Part shown: positions 1 through 13,049 of the stretch, one piece after another | Layout of the letters: each line of letters opens with the position of its first letter | How positions within the stretch are numbered: the stretch's first letter is position 1 | DNA from: Octopus vulgaris | Taxonomy: Eukaryota | Direction of reading: 5' to 3' | Length of the DNA: 62,000 nucleotides | Assembly (NCBI GenBank): GCA_951406725.2 | Contig: OX597824.1 | Coordinates: 32,384,001 to 32,446,000, forward strand | Notes under the pieces: generated by a model | Told to the model about the DNA's origin: nothing | What the model saw: the letters and a program-made list of their open reading frames with translations, nothing else | The model's database searches: none | Position numbers and translations under genes: made by a program

Positions 1-513
1 AAAGGAAAGAATTTTACAGCAAAATTGGCGATCGGTCTCGAATCTGGAATGTGCATTTGTTAAAGAGAAGGATTTTCTAACAAAGTGGCTTAATATATTA
101 TAAAACTTGTCTGTTTATTCCAGCATCTTATAGAGCTGCAGTATTAGCTAAAATATATGACACACACATGGACATTCAACAAACAATTAAAAGAGAACAA
201 CTCTGTGTGTTTGGTGACCTAGGTTGGCTCACTCGGTAGAGAAGTTTGTCAAATTTTGTGATAGTTGACAGAGAGTCAGGTAAAATTTAGTAAAGGCAAA
301 TAATTCATGGCCTATTTCTGGGCCTTGGGAATGTGAGCATATGGACTAGGCATATGTTCCAGACATCAGTAACATACTTGTAATTGTAGATGCCTATTCA
401 ACATGTATTAAAGTAATCTTGTGTCCTAATTGCTCATCTGAGATGGTAAAAAGCAAGCTGCTTGAGGTCATCAATAATAAAATGTCTTTGAATATTTGGT
501 GATACAGACTTAC

Positions 514-668
514 CAAGATTGTGACCCTCACAAAGCAATTGTAAGAAGCGGAATAATTTGCAGGTGAATTCTGCATCATGTAAGTTTTTCTCCCCAGGTC
601 CAGTGTCAGTACTCATTCCAAGTCCCTCAGCTTTGTTGCAACGTTCAAAAGCATCCAGGTCAAGCACA
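514..668 (-). CDS. RyR: Ryanodine receptor exon (last in window): (S)[51 protein letters not shown](D)
   Basis: Matches the RyR motif VLDLxAFERxNKAEGLG...[15 protein letters not shown] acceptor at 669-670, GTAAGT donor below 514. Phase 2 in, phase 1 out. Confidence 0.97.
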
Positions 669-752
669 CTAAAAAAGAAATACAAAAAATATGGGATAAA
701 ACTTCTGAAAAGGTTTATTTGAATATTAAAAGGATTAATTTTTAAAGTGAAG

Positions 753-1018
753 ATTATTTGCCAACATAATGTGGCAGTCCTGGTTAGGACGAATGTTTCT
801 GTTATTTAGCATCAGGAAACATCATCTGTGTCCTTATATTTTCAAACAGGGGAGTTTAGCACCTCTACTCAGCACAGAGTGGGGGGTGCTAAACTCCCCT
901 GTTTGAAAATATATGTTTCCTGGGGAGATGATGTTTCCTGGGGAGATGATGTTTCCTGGGGTTAAATAACAGTAACATTCGTCCCAGCCAGGACTGCCAC
1001 ATTGTGTTGGCAAATAAT
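753..1018. mobile_element. Fold-back (palindromic) element, family shared with 11892-12197 and 60522-60731
   Basis: 753-863 is the imperfect reverse complement of 885-1018. The right arm carries a short tandem duplication of gatgatgtttcctgggga. Confidence 0.85.
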
Positions 1019-1135
1019 TTTTGCTTTAGAGTACTGTTACTGAATGTCTCTTGTAGAGAGCTTTAGAAATAATGATTTTTCTATGGATTAATTTTTACAT
1101 TCTTTCTATTACTCAAATAACTTCTACATTGTGTT

Positions 1136-1351
1136 TGTTGAAGCTGGTAGAAGCATTACTGCTAGGAAAAATGCTTTGTGGTATTTTGTCTGTCTTCACC
1201 TTCTGAGTTCAAATTCTGTTGAGGTTGACTTTGCCTTTCAACCTTTCAGGGTCAATGAATTAAATACCATTTGACCACTGGGGGCGATGTAATTGACTAG
1301 CTTCACTCCCTCAAAATTTCAAGCCTTGTCCCTATAGTAGAAAGGATTATT
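1136..1351 (+). mobile_element. SINE copy (ttctgagttcaaattc...gactttgcctttca family)
   Basis: B-box-like GAGTTCAAATTC. The same sequence recurs near 44860, 45880, 51845, 53110 and 53340. Confidence 0.75.
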
Positions 1352-1602
1352 TTTGTCCAGTTGCTGTCACTTAGTGCTTCCTTTTTTTCTTGTGTCTTAG
1401 GGTTCATATGATTGGTTACCAGGTTTCCATGGTAACTGAGATCCCAACATTACCCCTGAATGGGACACTGGTCTGCTGTAGGGCTCAAAGGGCAACAATT
1501 TTGCAGGAAGGGGGCAAGCTGATTACAATCACACCAACACTTAAATGGTACTTTATGTTGATCCTGAAGGGACGAAAGATAAAGTTGACTTCAACTGGAT
1601 TT

Positions 1603-2367
1603 GAACTCAAAATGTAAAAAAATCCAGGAGAAAATACCACTATGCATTTTGTCTGACAGTACTGTGAAGAAAGCACCCAGTACACTCTGTAAAGTGGTTG
1701 GTGTTGGGAAGGGTGTCCAACTGAAGAAACCATGCCAAAACAGACTATGGAACCTGGTGCAGCTCCTGGCCTTGCCAGTTCCTGTTAAACAGTCCAACCC
1801 ATGCTGGCATGAAAAATGGTTGTTTGATGATGATGATGATGATTCTGTCAGCTTGCTGCTTTTGTCAATAATTGTTGCCATTAAGAAAGGTCAATAATTC
1901 AGCAGGTGAAAGGCCTTACTTACACCCAACTGTTAATCTCTACATCATCTCACTACTTAACAGTAATAAAGTAAACATTGGTAACATGTTGAAATATGCA
2001 ACTCTCCTTTTTAGGAAAAAAGTGATCTTGTACTTTATTGAATATTATTTGAAATTATTGTATTTACTTGTGTTATAAGTTACACTATTTTATGAACTCA
2101 AAATGTAAAAAAGCCAGGAGAAATACCACTGTGCACTTTGTCCAATGGTGCTGTGTAAAAAACACCCTGTACACTTTGCAAAGTGATTCGCATTAGGAAG
2201 GGCATCCAGCTGTAGAAACCGTGTCGAAACAGACTATAGAACCTAGTACAGCTCCTGGACTTACTAGTTCCTGTCAAACAGTCCAATTTATGCCTGCATG
2301 GAAAATGGATATTAAATAATGATGATGATGATGATGAGGCAGATACTGTCAGCTTGCAGCCTTTGTC
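1603..2367 (+). repeat. Old tandem duplication of a chimeric SINE block (1603-1866 and 2094-2367)
   Basis: Both copies share the same SINE-SINE junction and the same non-repeat 3' flank ctgtcagcttgc.gc.tttgtc. Confidence 0.75.
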
Positions 2368-2541
2368 TTATATTATTTGATTATAACTGGAAAATGGGGT
2401 GCATCTTATATGTGGGCAAAACTAAAACTATGAAGGAAAGAGCAATTTAACACTAAATTAGGGGAACAGCTTATGCACAATTAAATATGGGGATTAACAA
2501 TATCATTTGATGTCATCATTAGCAAAGAGCTGTTGTTATAC

Positions 2542-2618
2542 CTGCATTGCTGCATAAGTCCAGCCACTGATGTAAAAAACCCAACATCTTTTTTGTCTTT
2601 GAGATGTTTAAGCATTCT
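2542..2618 (-). CDS. RyR: RyR exon: [25 protein letters not shown](S)
   Basis: Homologous to RyR KMLDYLKDKKEVGFF..LMQTCS. CAG acceptor, GTATAA donor. 77 nt, phase 0 to 2, joins exon 514-668 in frame. Not in frame in the ORF track. Confidence 0.95.
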
Positions 2619-2929
2619 CTGAAAAATATAAAGCAATAAAAATGGAAAATGGTATTTAAGACAGAAAAAATATCAATTGACATATTGTCAGATGAAATAA
2701 ATCTATCTGAAATAATTTTTATATAACAAATTATGTTTCTTTTCTCCATTTTCAAGTGGATATAGGGAGAAAGTGAGAACATTTTATTTCTGAATAATTA
2801 ACTTCTGCATAAATTCAACAATAATTCAAAGGTGACTCATTATAATATTAGTTAATTAATTAGGTTGATAGCCATAGGAAAGACAAATAGCATGATTGTA
2901 TACTTTACAGGTCAACTATAACATCCATT

Positions 2930-3170
2930 CCTTATTGCAGTATGGTGGCTTGTGTACCTCACTGACTCTGAGAGCTCTACCACTGAAGCACAAGCTCCTG
3001 ATAGGGCCTCTCATGCTAGGCAGGTCAAAAGACAATGGCCACACTAATATGGATCACCTCTTCCTAGGGGTAAAAATGGGTTTGTGTAGAGCCAACACCC
3101 CTACTAAGAGAAAAGACAAAGTTACAGAAGCATTGATGGTAATTCAAAACCAACGAGACCTTGGAGAGGA
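2930..3170 (+). mobile_element. Probable 5' UTR fragment of an RTE-clade LINE
   Basis: ggtggcttgtgtacctc...gctcctgatagggcctctcatgctaggcaggtc...gccaacacccct resembles RTE 5' UTRs from memory. No coding evidence. Confidence 0.4.
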
Positions 3171-3466
3171 AAGCCAAAACAAGACAGTTCAGAATAGAGC
3201 ACAATGACGTAAAGTTATCAATTGCTTTATACTCCAAAGAGAATGAGAGCCTTTAGTAAATAAAGTAACTTTACAGGTGTTAGAAGCTTACTGTCTTGCA
3301 CATACACACACACATTCTAATTCTGCTGGGGTTGCTTAAATTGATACTTATAAAGAAACTGGAGTTGGTAATGTTATTTATAATGCTGCCATTATACAAA
3401 AACTATATCTTTACATAAAAGAAATCAAAATGTTGGAAATTAAAGTAAATTTCCCATTGTTCTTAC

Positions 3467-3546
3467 CTTTTGTACATCAATATTACCTCCTCTCAGTAGA
3501 GATATACCAAGTTCAATTGTGTGATCAACAATCGGGCTATATACAC
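3467..3546 (-). CDS. RyR: RyR exon: (G)VYSPIVDHTIELGISLLRGGNIDVQK
   Basis: RyR motif TLxLGISILxGGNxxVQ. CAG acceptor, GTAAGA donor. 80 nt, phase 1 to 0. Confidence 0.95.
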
Positions 3547-4049
3547 CTGAAATGATAAATTGTATTCAATGTTTTAAATGATTTAATTTGGTTAAAATCA
3601 AAATCAGATGTTGAAGAAACTAAAAGCAGAGTGCATTAATGATTGAGTAAAAATTTAAGAACTGATGTCTCTAAAGTTTAAAATATTTCATTAAAATCTA
3701 AATCCTCTTACAATCATATTTCCAAAATTCAATTCACTTTGAAAATAATAAAAAAATTGGGGATATTTTTGTAAAATAATTTTTCCATATATCAATTGTT
3801 ATTTGGCCCCATACTGATCAAGTGAGACATGATCAAGGTGTTCATCTGTGGCCATCCTGTCTTTTTTAATTGTATGTAAGACCACATAATTCAACTACAT
3901 TTTCTTATTTAAGATGGTTATGTGTAATTTTGAGGGAGGTTTCTAATAACTTGAGTGCCCATGTAAAAGCTCCCCTGTTGGTTCCCAATTTAGCTGTATA
4001 CAACTAAAGGCTTGTTTTGTATTTTTTGAATCAAATTTAAAATAGTAGC

Positions 4050-4598
4050 TATGATACCAGTGCCGGTGGCACATAAGAGAACCATCCAAACGTGGCCGTT
4101 GCCAGCGCTGCCTCGACTGGCTTCCGTGCTGGTGGCACGTAAAAAGCACCATCCGATCGTGGCCGTTTGCCAGCCTTGTTTGGCACGTAAAAAGCACCCA
4201 CTACACTCATGGAGTGGTTGGCGTTAGGAAGGGCATCCAGCCGTAGAAACATTGCCAGATCAGACTGGGCCTGGTGCAGCCTTCTGGCTTCCCAGACCCC
4301 AGTTGCACCGTCCAACCCATGCCAGCATGGAAAGCGGACGCTAAACGATGATGATGATGATGATGATGATATCCCATGTGGGGGGGGGGGGGCATTAAAA
4401 AAGCACCTATGCTGGTGCCACGTAAGAAACACCCAGTACACTTTGTAGAATGGTTGGCATTAGGAAGAGCACCCACCTTGCCAAAACACACAATTAAAGC
4501 CTGGTGCCACTCTCCAGCTTGCCGGCCCTGTCAAACTGCCCAACCCATGCCAGTATGGAAAATGGATGTTAAATGATGATGATGATGATGATGATGAT
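4050..4598 (+). mobile_element. Two tandem SINE or RTE-tail copies ending in (GAT)n
   Basis: ggcacgtaaaaagcacc repeats, then ggcgttaggaagggcatccagc...aacccatgc.agcatggaaa...(gat)n, twice. The second ends about 25 nt from the donor at 4623. Confidence 0.85.
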
Positions 4599-4623
4599 AT
4601 CAATATTTTGTTTCCCAGCTTAC

Positions 4624-4723
4624 CTTTAGTTGCACTGATATAAAGTAGGATCATCTCTGCTGCTCCACGTTCTGATAATCGAGATTGTTCAGAAAGAAGC
4701 TGTTGCTTTTCCATTTCTTGTTC
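4624..4723 (-). CDS. RyR: RyR exon: EQEMEKQQLLSEQSRLSERGAAEMILLYISATK(G)
   Basis: RyR motif EMEKQxLLxxQxRLxxRGAAEM. AG acceptor, GTAAGC donor. 100 nt, phase 0 to 1. Confidence 0.96.
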
Positions 4724-4901
4724 CTTTCAAAAGAAAGACGAAAAGGAAATTAAATTTAGTCTACATTAAACTTAGATTAGAACAGAGAACTAAAATCTGT
4801 TTTAGAACAAAGCAATTAGTATAAGTAAAGGCAGTGAGAGATGAAGAGAGAAAGAGAATGAATGGGGGAAAAAGTCATCTAGAGTGAAAGAAGTAGCTAA
4901 T

Positions 4902-4939
<38 letters not shown>

Positions 4940-5665
4940 AGATAGCGAGAGAGAAAGGAGAGAGAGAGAGAGAAGGCAGAAGGTAGTTGATAAACTTTTC
5001 CTTATTCCTTATTATTTTGAACTCAGTAGAATAGCAAAGAACAGCACATGAAGACATTGTTTAAATTACATATTTTTCCTCACTTTAGATGTATTATTAT
5101 ATTATTTGATGTCATTGGGAGAAAAAGTAGAACAAAACAAAATGAAACTGGTTGTTTGTAAATATTAGGAGAAAGTAGCAGTTGACAAAAGATAAATTCA
5201 ACAAAAAAATGATTTCTTTTAAAATCAGTTTTATTGTGACAAAGACTATAGTGCTTTTAGTCATAAATCCTGGAAATATTTGAATATGATACTTTATATA
5301 AGTGTTACAAAGTTGAGTAGCTTATTTTTGCACTTCCCTTAATTCTAATTCTTGTGACATACCATAAAATTTAGAGCCTTATATATTGGTTTCAAATCTT
5401 TCTTTCCAGTGAATTATTAGTCTTTAGAAGTACCGCAAGATTTCATGAGTATTTTATGGAGTAGGGAAAGTAAGATAATGGAATGGTAAAGCAATTAATT
5501 GTCTACTTTGTAATATATGTGATGCTATTATTTAGTCCCAAGACAAACTTGACTGATCAAAGTCATGAGTAATGGCAATTCATATATATATATACATATA
5601 ACTTAGAATAACTTAGAAAGGTTTTGGCCAGTATTGGCCCAGGCCATGTCTAACTTAATAGCACC

Positions 5666-5701
<36 letters not shown>

Positions 5702-5702
5702 G

Positions 5703-5750
<48 letters not shown>

Positions 5751-5876
5751 CACATATATATATACACATATATATATATACATATATATATATATACATA
5801 TATATATATACATATATATATACATATATATATATATACACATATATATATATACATATATATATACATATATACA

Positions 5877-6915
<1,039 letters not shown>

Positions 6916-6949
6916 CTTATTTATATATATATATATGCATATATCAAGG

Positions 6950-7240
6950 GTGCATGACTTATTGGTTAGGGCGTTGCACTCACAATCTAGCGATTGTGAT
7001 TTCAATTCTTTGCCCAGGTGGTGCATTGTGTTTTTGAACAAAACACTTCATCTTACATTGTTCTGTGATCACTTTGATACCTGACACATGGTACACTAGG
7101 CCACTGTTCAGACAACATCGATTTGATGGAGAGAATCAACTAATGTGTTGCATGAGCATTTGATCACTATAAACAAATCATTTGTGCAGGTCATTCGGCA
7201 AAATGCTGAACACTCATACGTTGTCTTCGATGGGAGAGTC
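6950..7240 (+). mobile_element. Decayed tRNA-derived SINE
   Basis: A-box-like and B-box-like head followed by gtgtttttgaacaaaacactt, shared with copies at 25545, 26245, 27950 and 30925. Confidence 0.65.
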
Positions 7241-7876
7241 CATCATATATAAATAATTTATTAATAGTTTTAAAAATGTGGAGAATATTCAAAAATGGAA
7301 ATTCAAATAAAAATAGTTTTGATTAATTACTTCAGGTTAAATAATTAACTTGCTTATTAGAAATTAAAACTTAAAATGCTGTCACAAAGCATGAGGCATA
7401 ATATTGTATAGTAGGTCTAAAATGAGATCCAGTTTATCACCACCACCTGGACTTTGGAGGCCCCGAATAGGGTTCACTTTGTTGAAAATATTCAAACAGG
7501 ATCCTTGTTTCTGTATCTATCCTTGTGTTTACTGAAGATATTTACCAGTAGGGATTTTATGTTGACCAACAGTCTCATCACTGTTACCTATCTGGGAGAA
7601 CCAGATAAGGTCAGGGAGACTGCCTTTCCTCCCTTAAATAACTTATCGAAGTAGTCTGTTTGTTCTTATTTATATGTACACACACATGCACACACACGTG
7701 TGTGTGTGTATATATATATATATATAAAATAATAATTATTATTATTTGAGGGAATCTAAATCCAAACTTACAGGGAAAAAAATTCAATTTAGAAATACTA
7801 AATCAAATTTCACACAGTATAATATATATAAAAAAATTAGAAAAAAAATCACCTTTGATAAAAGGTGCTTTTTCTC

Positions 7877-7948
<72 letters not shown>

Positions 7949-8150
7949 TGTGTATACATGATCATATATGTATGTGTGTGTGTGTATATGTGTATACATG
8001 ATCATATATACATATATATAGTCAACAAATGATATATATACACATGATCAAGCATCAAAGAGACAGGTGTTGGTCTGCATTGGTAAGACTTATATTATGT
8101 AGCAAAATTGATAAGAAGAGTTTAGTGAACTTTCCTTGGGGAGTGGAAAG

Positions 8151-8186
8151 ATTCAATGTTTCGGACAGAGTCCTTCTTCAAGGAGA
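8151..8186 (-). ncRNA. Decayed hammerhead ribozyme motif
   Basis: Minus strand reads TTGAAGA-A-GGAC-TCT-GTCC-GAAAC-ATT. Stem II is perfect, but C3, G16.2 and stem I are mutated. Confidence 0.45.
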
Positions 8187-9604
8187 AGCTGACAGGAGAG
8201 AAATTAAAAGACAGCAGAATTTTAAGTTGCAGCTAGCTTTTTCTTTTAACTTAGAGAATATAAAACTCTGCTGTGCCTCTTCAATTTTTTTTTCCAGTCA
8301 CCTTTTCTCTGAAGGACTTTGTCTGAAATGATGAATTTTCCATTCTCCATGACAGCTTCACTATATTCTTTTTACCAGTTTTAATAAATATATACATATA
8401 TATTTATATATCAAACTTAAAAGTAAATTTCATAGCAGATTTCATTAGGTAATTATAGAAATCTACCCTTCTAAAATCATTGGATATTCATTAGTATGAA
8501 AATGATTTTGATGATGTTAAGTACTTTAAAAGTCCATGATACCATGTATAATATGCATCCAAATTTTTAGACACTGATTATCTTCAAGACTTATAACAAT
8601 ATCTTTAACTAATACAAGAGTTGATAGGTTATTATGAACCATATATCAATTTTTAATATTTCAGTTTATATAAAATGAATTATGGCCTTGCTTTTTGCTT
8701 TTTGAGCCCCAAAATTAACTTATAATAAAAAGCAACCTAAAACATTAACAGGCTTTTATTATCTTGCTGTGGTTTTAATTAAAGTGTTTGGCAAATTCTT
8801 TGCATCCTAATGGTCCTCTTATTATAGTTTTGATTTTGGTGAGAAATAAGCTATATTATACATGGAGTTTCATGACAATCATTTATTTAGAAGCATTATT
8901 CAGTAGAAATATTTGTTTTAGAAAATGAACTTTCTATTTCAATTATTTAAATATTGATTAAACTTTTGACTGTATAACATTTCAATGATTCTGTTTATTT
9001 GACAAAACATTTTGCTATCACCATCAGTTTGCAGAAAAATTAACAACTAATTGAAATGAAATGGTGTTGATTCAAAGATGTTTGACAGAAAGGTCTCAAT
9101 ACATGGTGCGAGCCTTTAATCTCAACAAAACTTGAAAGAATTTACAAAATAATTGAAATATAAAGTACAAAGGTGCTTATTTTGGGTTATTAAAAAGATT
9201 AAAGCAAATCTAATTAATTATGATTTCTTACATTAGCAATTAAAACTAATGTTACTATAATTATGACTTTTTACATTAACACACAGCCTTGAACTAGTCA
9301 ATTGAACTGACCACAGTACATCTCTGGAGCAATAAAAATCGACATCAACTATATTAGATTTAAAATGTCTAGGGATGAGGTTAAATACGCTGGGGTATTT
9401 TAGTCTAAAGTTCAGCCATTTCTGCCACTCCATCACACCTAAATAAGTTATAGTAACTGTAGTAGTAGTAGTAGTAGTAGTAATAATAATAATGATTATG
9501 ATAATAATTATAATAATAATCATAATGAAAATGTTATAAAGTTGTTTCACTACAATAGCAATTAAAAAAAGAATAATGACACTGAAACTGCTTCCAATAG
9601 CATA

Positions 9605-9756
9605 TTATTGTGAACATGGTTGATGTAATAACTAAAGAATATTGTGAACATGAATTATGTAATGACTAAAGAATATTGTGAACATTGATATAGTTACTCT
9701 TTAAAGACTATTGTGAACATGTATTATGTAGTGGCTATCAAAAGAACTATTGAAAT
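9605..9756. repeat. Degenerate minisatellite, about 34-bp unit, 4-5 copies
   Basis: Recurrent tattgtgaacat...atgtaat.actaaagaa. Confidence 0.8.
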
Positions 9757-10539
9757 GGTATTCAATGAAGAATTTCATTTCTCTTTATAAATAAAAATAA
9801 TTTTAGAAGAATTTAAAATTTATGATGGAATTCTGTTCTTAAAATAGTAAATAATTAGTAAGAACTGCAGCAGCATGAATGAATATTGGTGCAAGTGATG
9901 TTGTAAATATTCAACTGGCTAACAACACAAATATAAACATACATGAGTTATATGTACAATAAACAAGCCAAATGAGATTGGATTCAGAAACACTTTACTA
10001 AGGAAAAAAAAAAGAAGAAGAAAATAGAAAGTGATTCCTTCAAATAGAATACACTAGCTTTAACGTTTCCAATGTTTCAATGACAAGTCATTCAAGTACA
10101 CAGTGGTTTATTCAATTCACAACAAAAACATAGAAATGTGTAGTAATAAAACGTTATCAATGGTGGAACTTGAAGCAACTAAAGCTATGAATAATAGTAT
10201 GAAAATATTTGGCTGGAAACCTTTTGGAGCGGAAAAAGTGAAGGCTTTATCTATTTTGATTTCTATCATTAAACGTGATTAATTTTATATCTCTTGACGG
10301 CTATAACTTCATCTGGCATAAGTAACATAGTTTACTGTTTGTCTTCCCTTCGAAAAAAAAATTGATAAAACACACTCTTACAGAGGGTGTTTTATAAATT
10401 AGATGAATTTGTAATAAATCTGAAAATGGGAAAAGAAAATAGGAAACAAAACTGAAGATGACTATCATTTTGAAAAAGAAATTATGTTATACTTATAAGA
10501 CTTTTGTGAATCCAATCCCTATTGCTGTTAGATACATAT

Positions 10540-10587
<48 letters not shown>

Positions 10588-10592
<5 letters not shown>

Positions 10593-10895
10593 ATGATCAC
10601 ATGACCGACCAGACCATCAGACGTTGTTGTTACACATCGCTGGTCACAATGCGTTTGCATTGTTTTAGCCTTCGAATGACGCCACCCTGCTGGCTAAGCA
10701 AGCAGGCCAACAGAAGAAAGAGTGGTAGAAAGTGTGGTGAAAGAGTACAGCAGGGATCACCACCCCCTGCCGGAGCCTCGTGGAGCTTTTAAGTGCTTTC
10801 ACTCAATAAACACTCACAATGCCCGGTCTGGGAATTGAAACCGCTATCCTACGACCGCGAGTCCGCTGCCCTAACCACTGGGCCATTGCGCCTCC
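10588..10895 (-). mobile_element. Well-preserved tRNA-derived SINE
   Basis: Minus strand GGAGGCGCAATGGCCCAGTGGTTAGG (A box) ... GGTTTCAATTCC (B box). CpG-rich body and short tandem tail. Confidence 0.85.
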
Positions 10896-10913
10896 ACACA
10901 CACACACACACAC

Positions 10914-11152
<239 letters not shown>

Positions 11153-11289
11153 CACACACACAATGTGTATGTGTGCCTGCATCTATCAAAACCTGAAATA
11201 TTCATATTTATAAATTATGTTATGTATTCATATTGTTTATATATATAAAAATACACATGACATATTAGATGTATATCATATGCATATAT

Positions 11290-11350
<61 letters not shown>

Positions 11351-11726
11351 GTGCGTAATATGCTCTTTTGAACTGTAGCCATGCTGGAACACTGCCTTAA
11401 GGGATTTATTTTATCTCTTTGAGCCCAGTACATATATTAAGACTGGTACACTGTTTGGTGAACTGCTAAGTTCAAGTAGTACAAACAAACCCACTCTGAT
11501 TTTTAAGCAATGAGATATATATACATATACAAAGATGCAAACATACAAATACACACATATGTATGCATACACATATATACGACAAACTTCCATTCAGTTT
11601 GCTGCTACCAAAGGCAATAACAAGGCATTGGTCAACCCAGAGCTCTAGTAGAATACATATTGCTCAAGGTGCTGGGCACTTTGATTGTACCCAAGACTAT
11701 ACAACAATGCTGTGCATCTCCACCCC

Positions 11727-11759
<33 letters not shown>

Positions 11760-11891
11760 CACACACATACGTACATGCACATACATATGCGTATGAATAT
11801 GCATATTTATATGTATACATTTATGTATATATAAATATATATAGCAATAATAAATCTCTGAACGAGATGTAAACAGTAACCACTCAACAAC

Positions 11892-12197
11892 GTAAAGTAT
11901 ACTAGCCATCTCAATATGGCTAACCACTAAGGGTGGGTGTTACTGTAGCTTTTAGCCCCAGGAGATCATCGTCTCTAGCTGGCTTTAGGCACACTTTCTG
12001 TGCCCTTATGGTATTTGCAAAGGGAGGTCATCCCTCTCTCGTAAACCTAAGTGAGAGGGATGACTCCTTTGCAAATACCATAAGGGCACAGAAAGTGTGC
12101 CTAAAGCCAGCTGGAGACGATGATCTCCTGGGGCTAAAAACTACAGTAACACCCACCCTTAGTGGTTAGCCATATTGAGATGGCTAGTATACTTTAC
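11892..12197. mobile_element. Near-perfect 306-bp palindrome (arms about 146 bp, loop about 14 nt)
   Basis: 11892-12038 is the reverse complement of 12053-12197, with two substitutions and a small indel. Confidence 0.95.
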
Positions 12198-12343
12198 ATT
12201 AAATATATTTATATATATATATAAATATATATACACATACATACATGTATATATATAAATAAATATATATATATATATAATATGTATATATTATATATAT
12301 GTATATATATATGTGTATATATATATATGTATATATATATTTA

Positions 12344-12412
<69 letters not shown>

Positions 12413-12509
12413 CATATATGTGTGTTTGTGTGTGATTGTTTACTTACTGACTAACTGATCATAATGGATTCCCACCTTTCAGAGTTGAAGAATTATCAGC
12501 TTTTGGTTT

Positions 12510-12568
12510 TAGAGTCTGACGAGCCGTCCATTAAGTTCTTTAAGGATGTGAAACCATTAGTCACTCTA
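12510..12568 (+). ncRNA. Type I hammerhead ribozyme with intact core
   Basis: TAGAGT-CTGACGA-stem II-GAAAC-CATTA-GTC-ACTCTA. Perfect 6-bp stem I and GUC triplet. Predicted cleavage after 12562. Confidence 0.7.
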
Positions 12569-13049
12569 TGACTGGATATATACTTAACTGCACACTCACA
12601 CACACACATTATTGTCATCATCATCATTTTAACATTCACTTTTCCATGTGTCAGATAGAATTTGTTGGAGCAAATTTTCTAAGGTCAAATACTCTTTCTG
12701 TTACCAATTCTCACGTCTTTCCAATTAATGTAACAGTTTCCCATGAACTGACATCTTCACTAATTACTGGAAATGAGTGACATTGCTTTATATCAATGTC
12801 ACTTGTTTATAACTATTGCTTAAGGTAAAGAGAAAGAAGCTGAAACAAGCACACACACACATATATAGAATTAGCTTTTTTCAGCTTCCATGTATCAAAT
12901 TCACTCATAAACCTTTGTTGGTCCCAAGGTTATAAAAAAAGACACTTGCCCACTGTGGTACATAATGGGACTGAAAGTGCGATACACATATGCCTCTGTG
13001 TGTGTGTGTGTGTGTGTATTGGTATGTATTATTTAGATTAGTATATATA

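Noticed and set aside
9233-9432. Minus-strand ORF VMEWQKWLNFRLKYP... after a TAG acceptor
   Set aside because: It is open only in phase 1, while the host intron is phase 0, where it reads GTG TGA. No recognisable homology.
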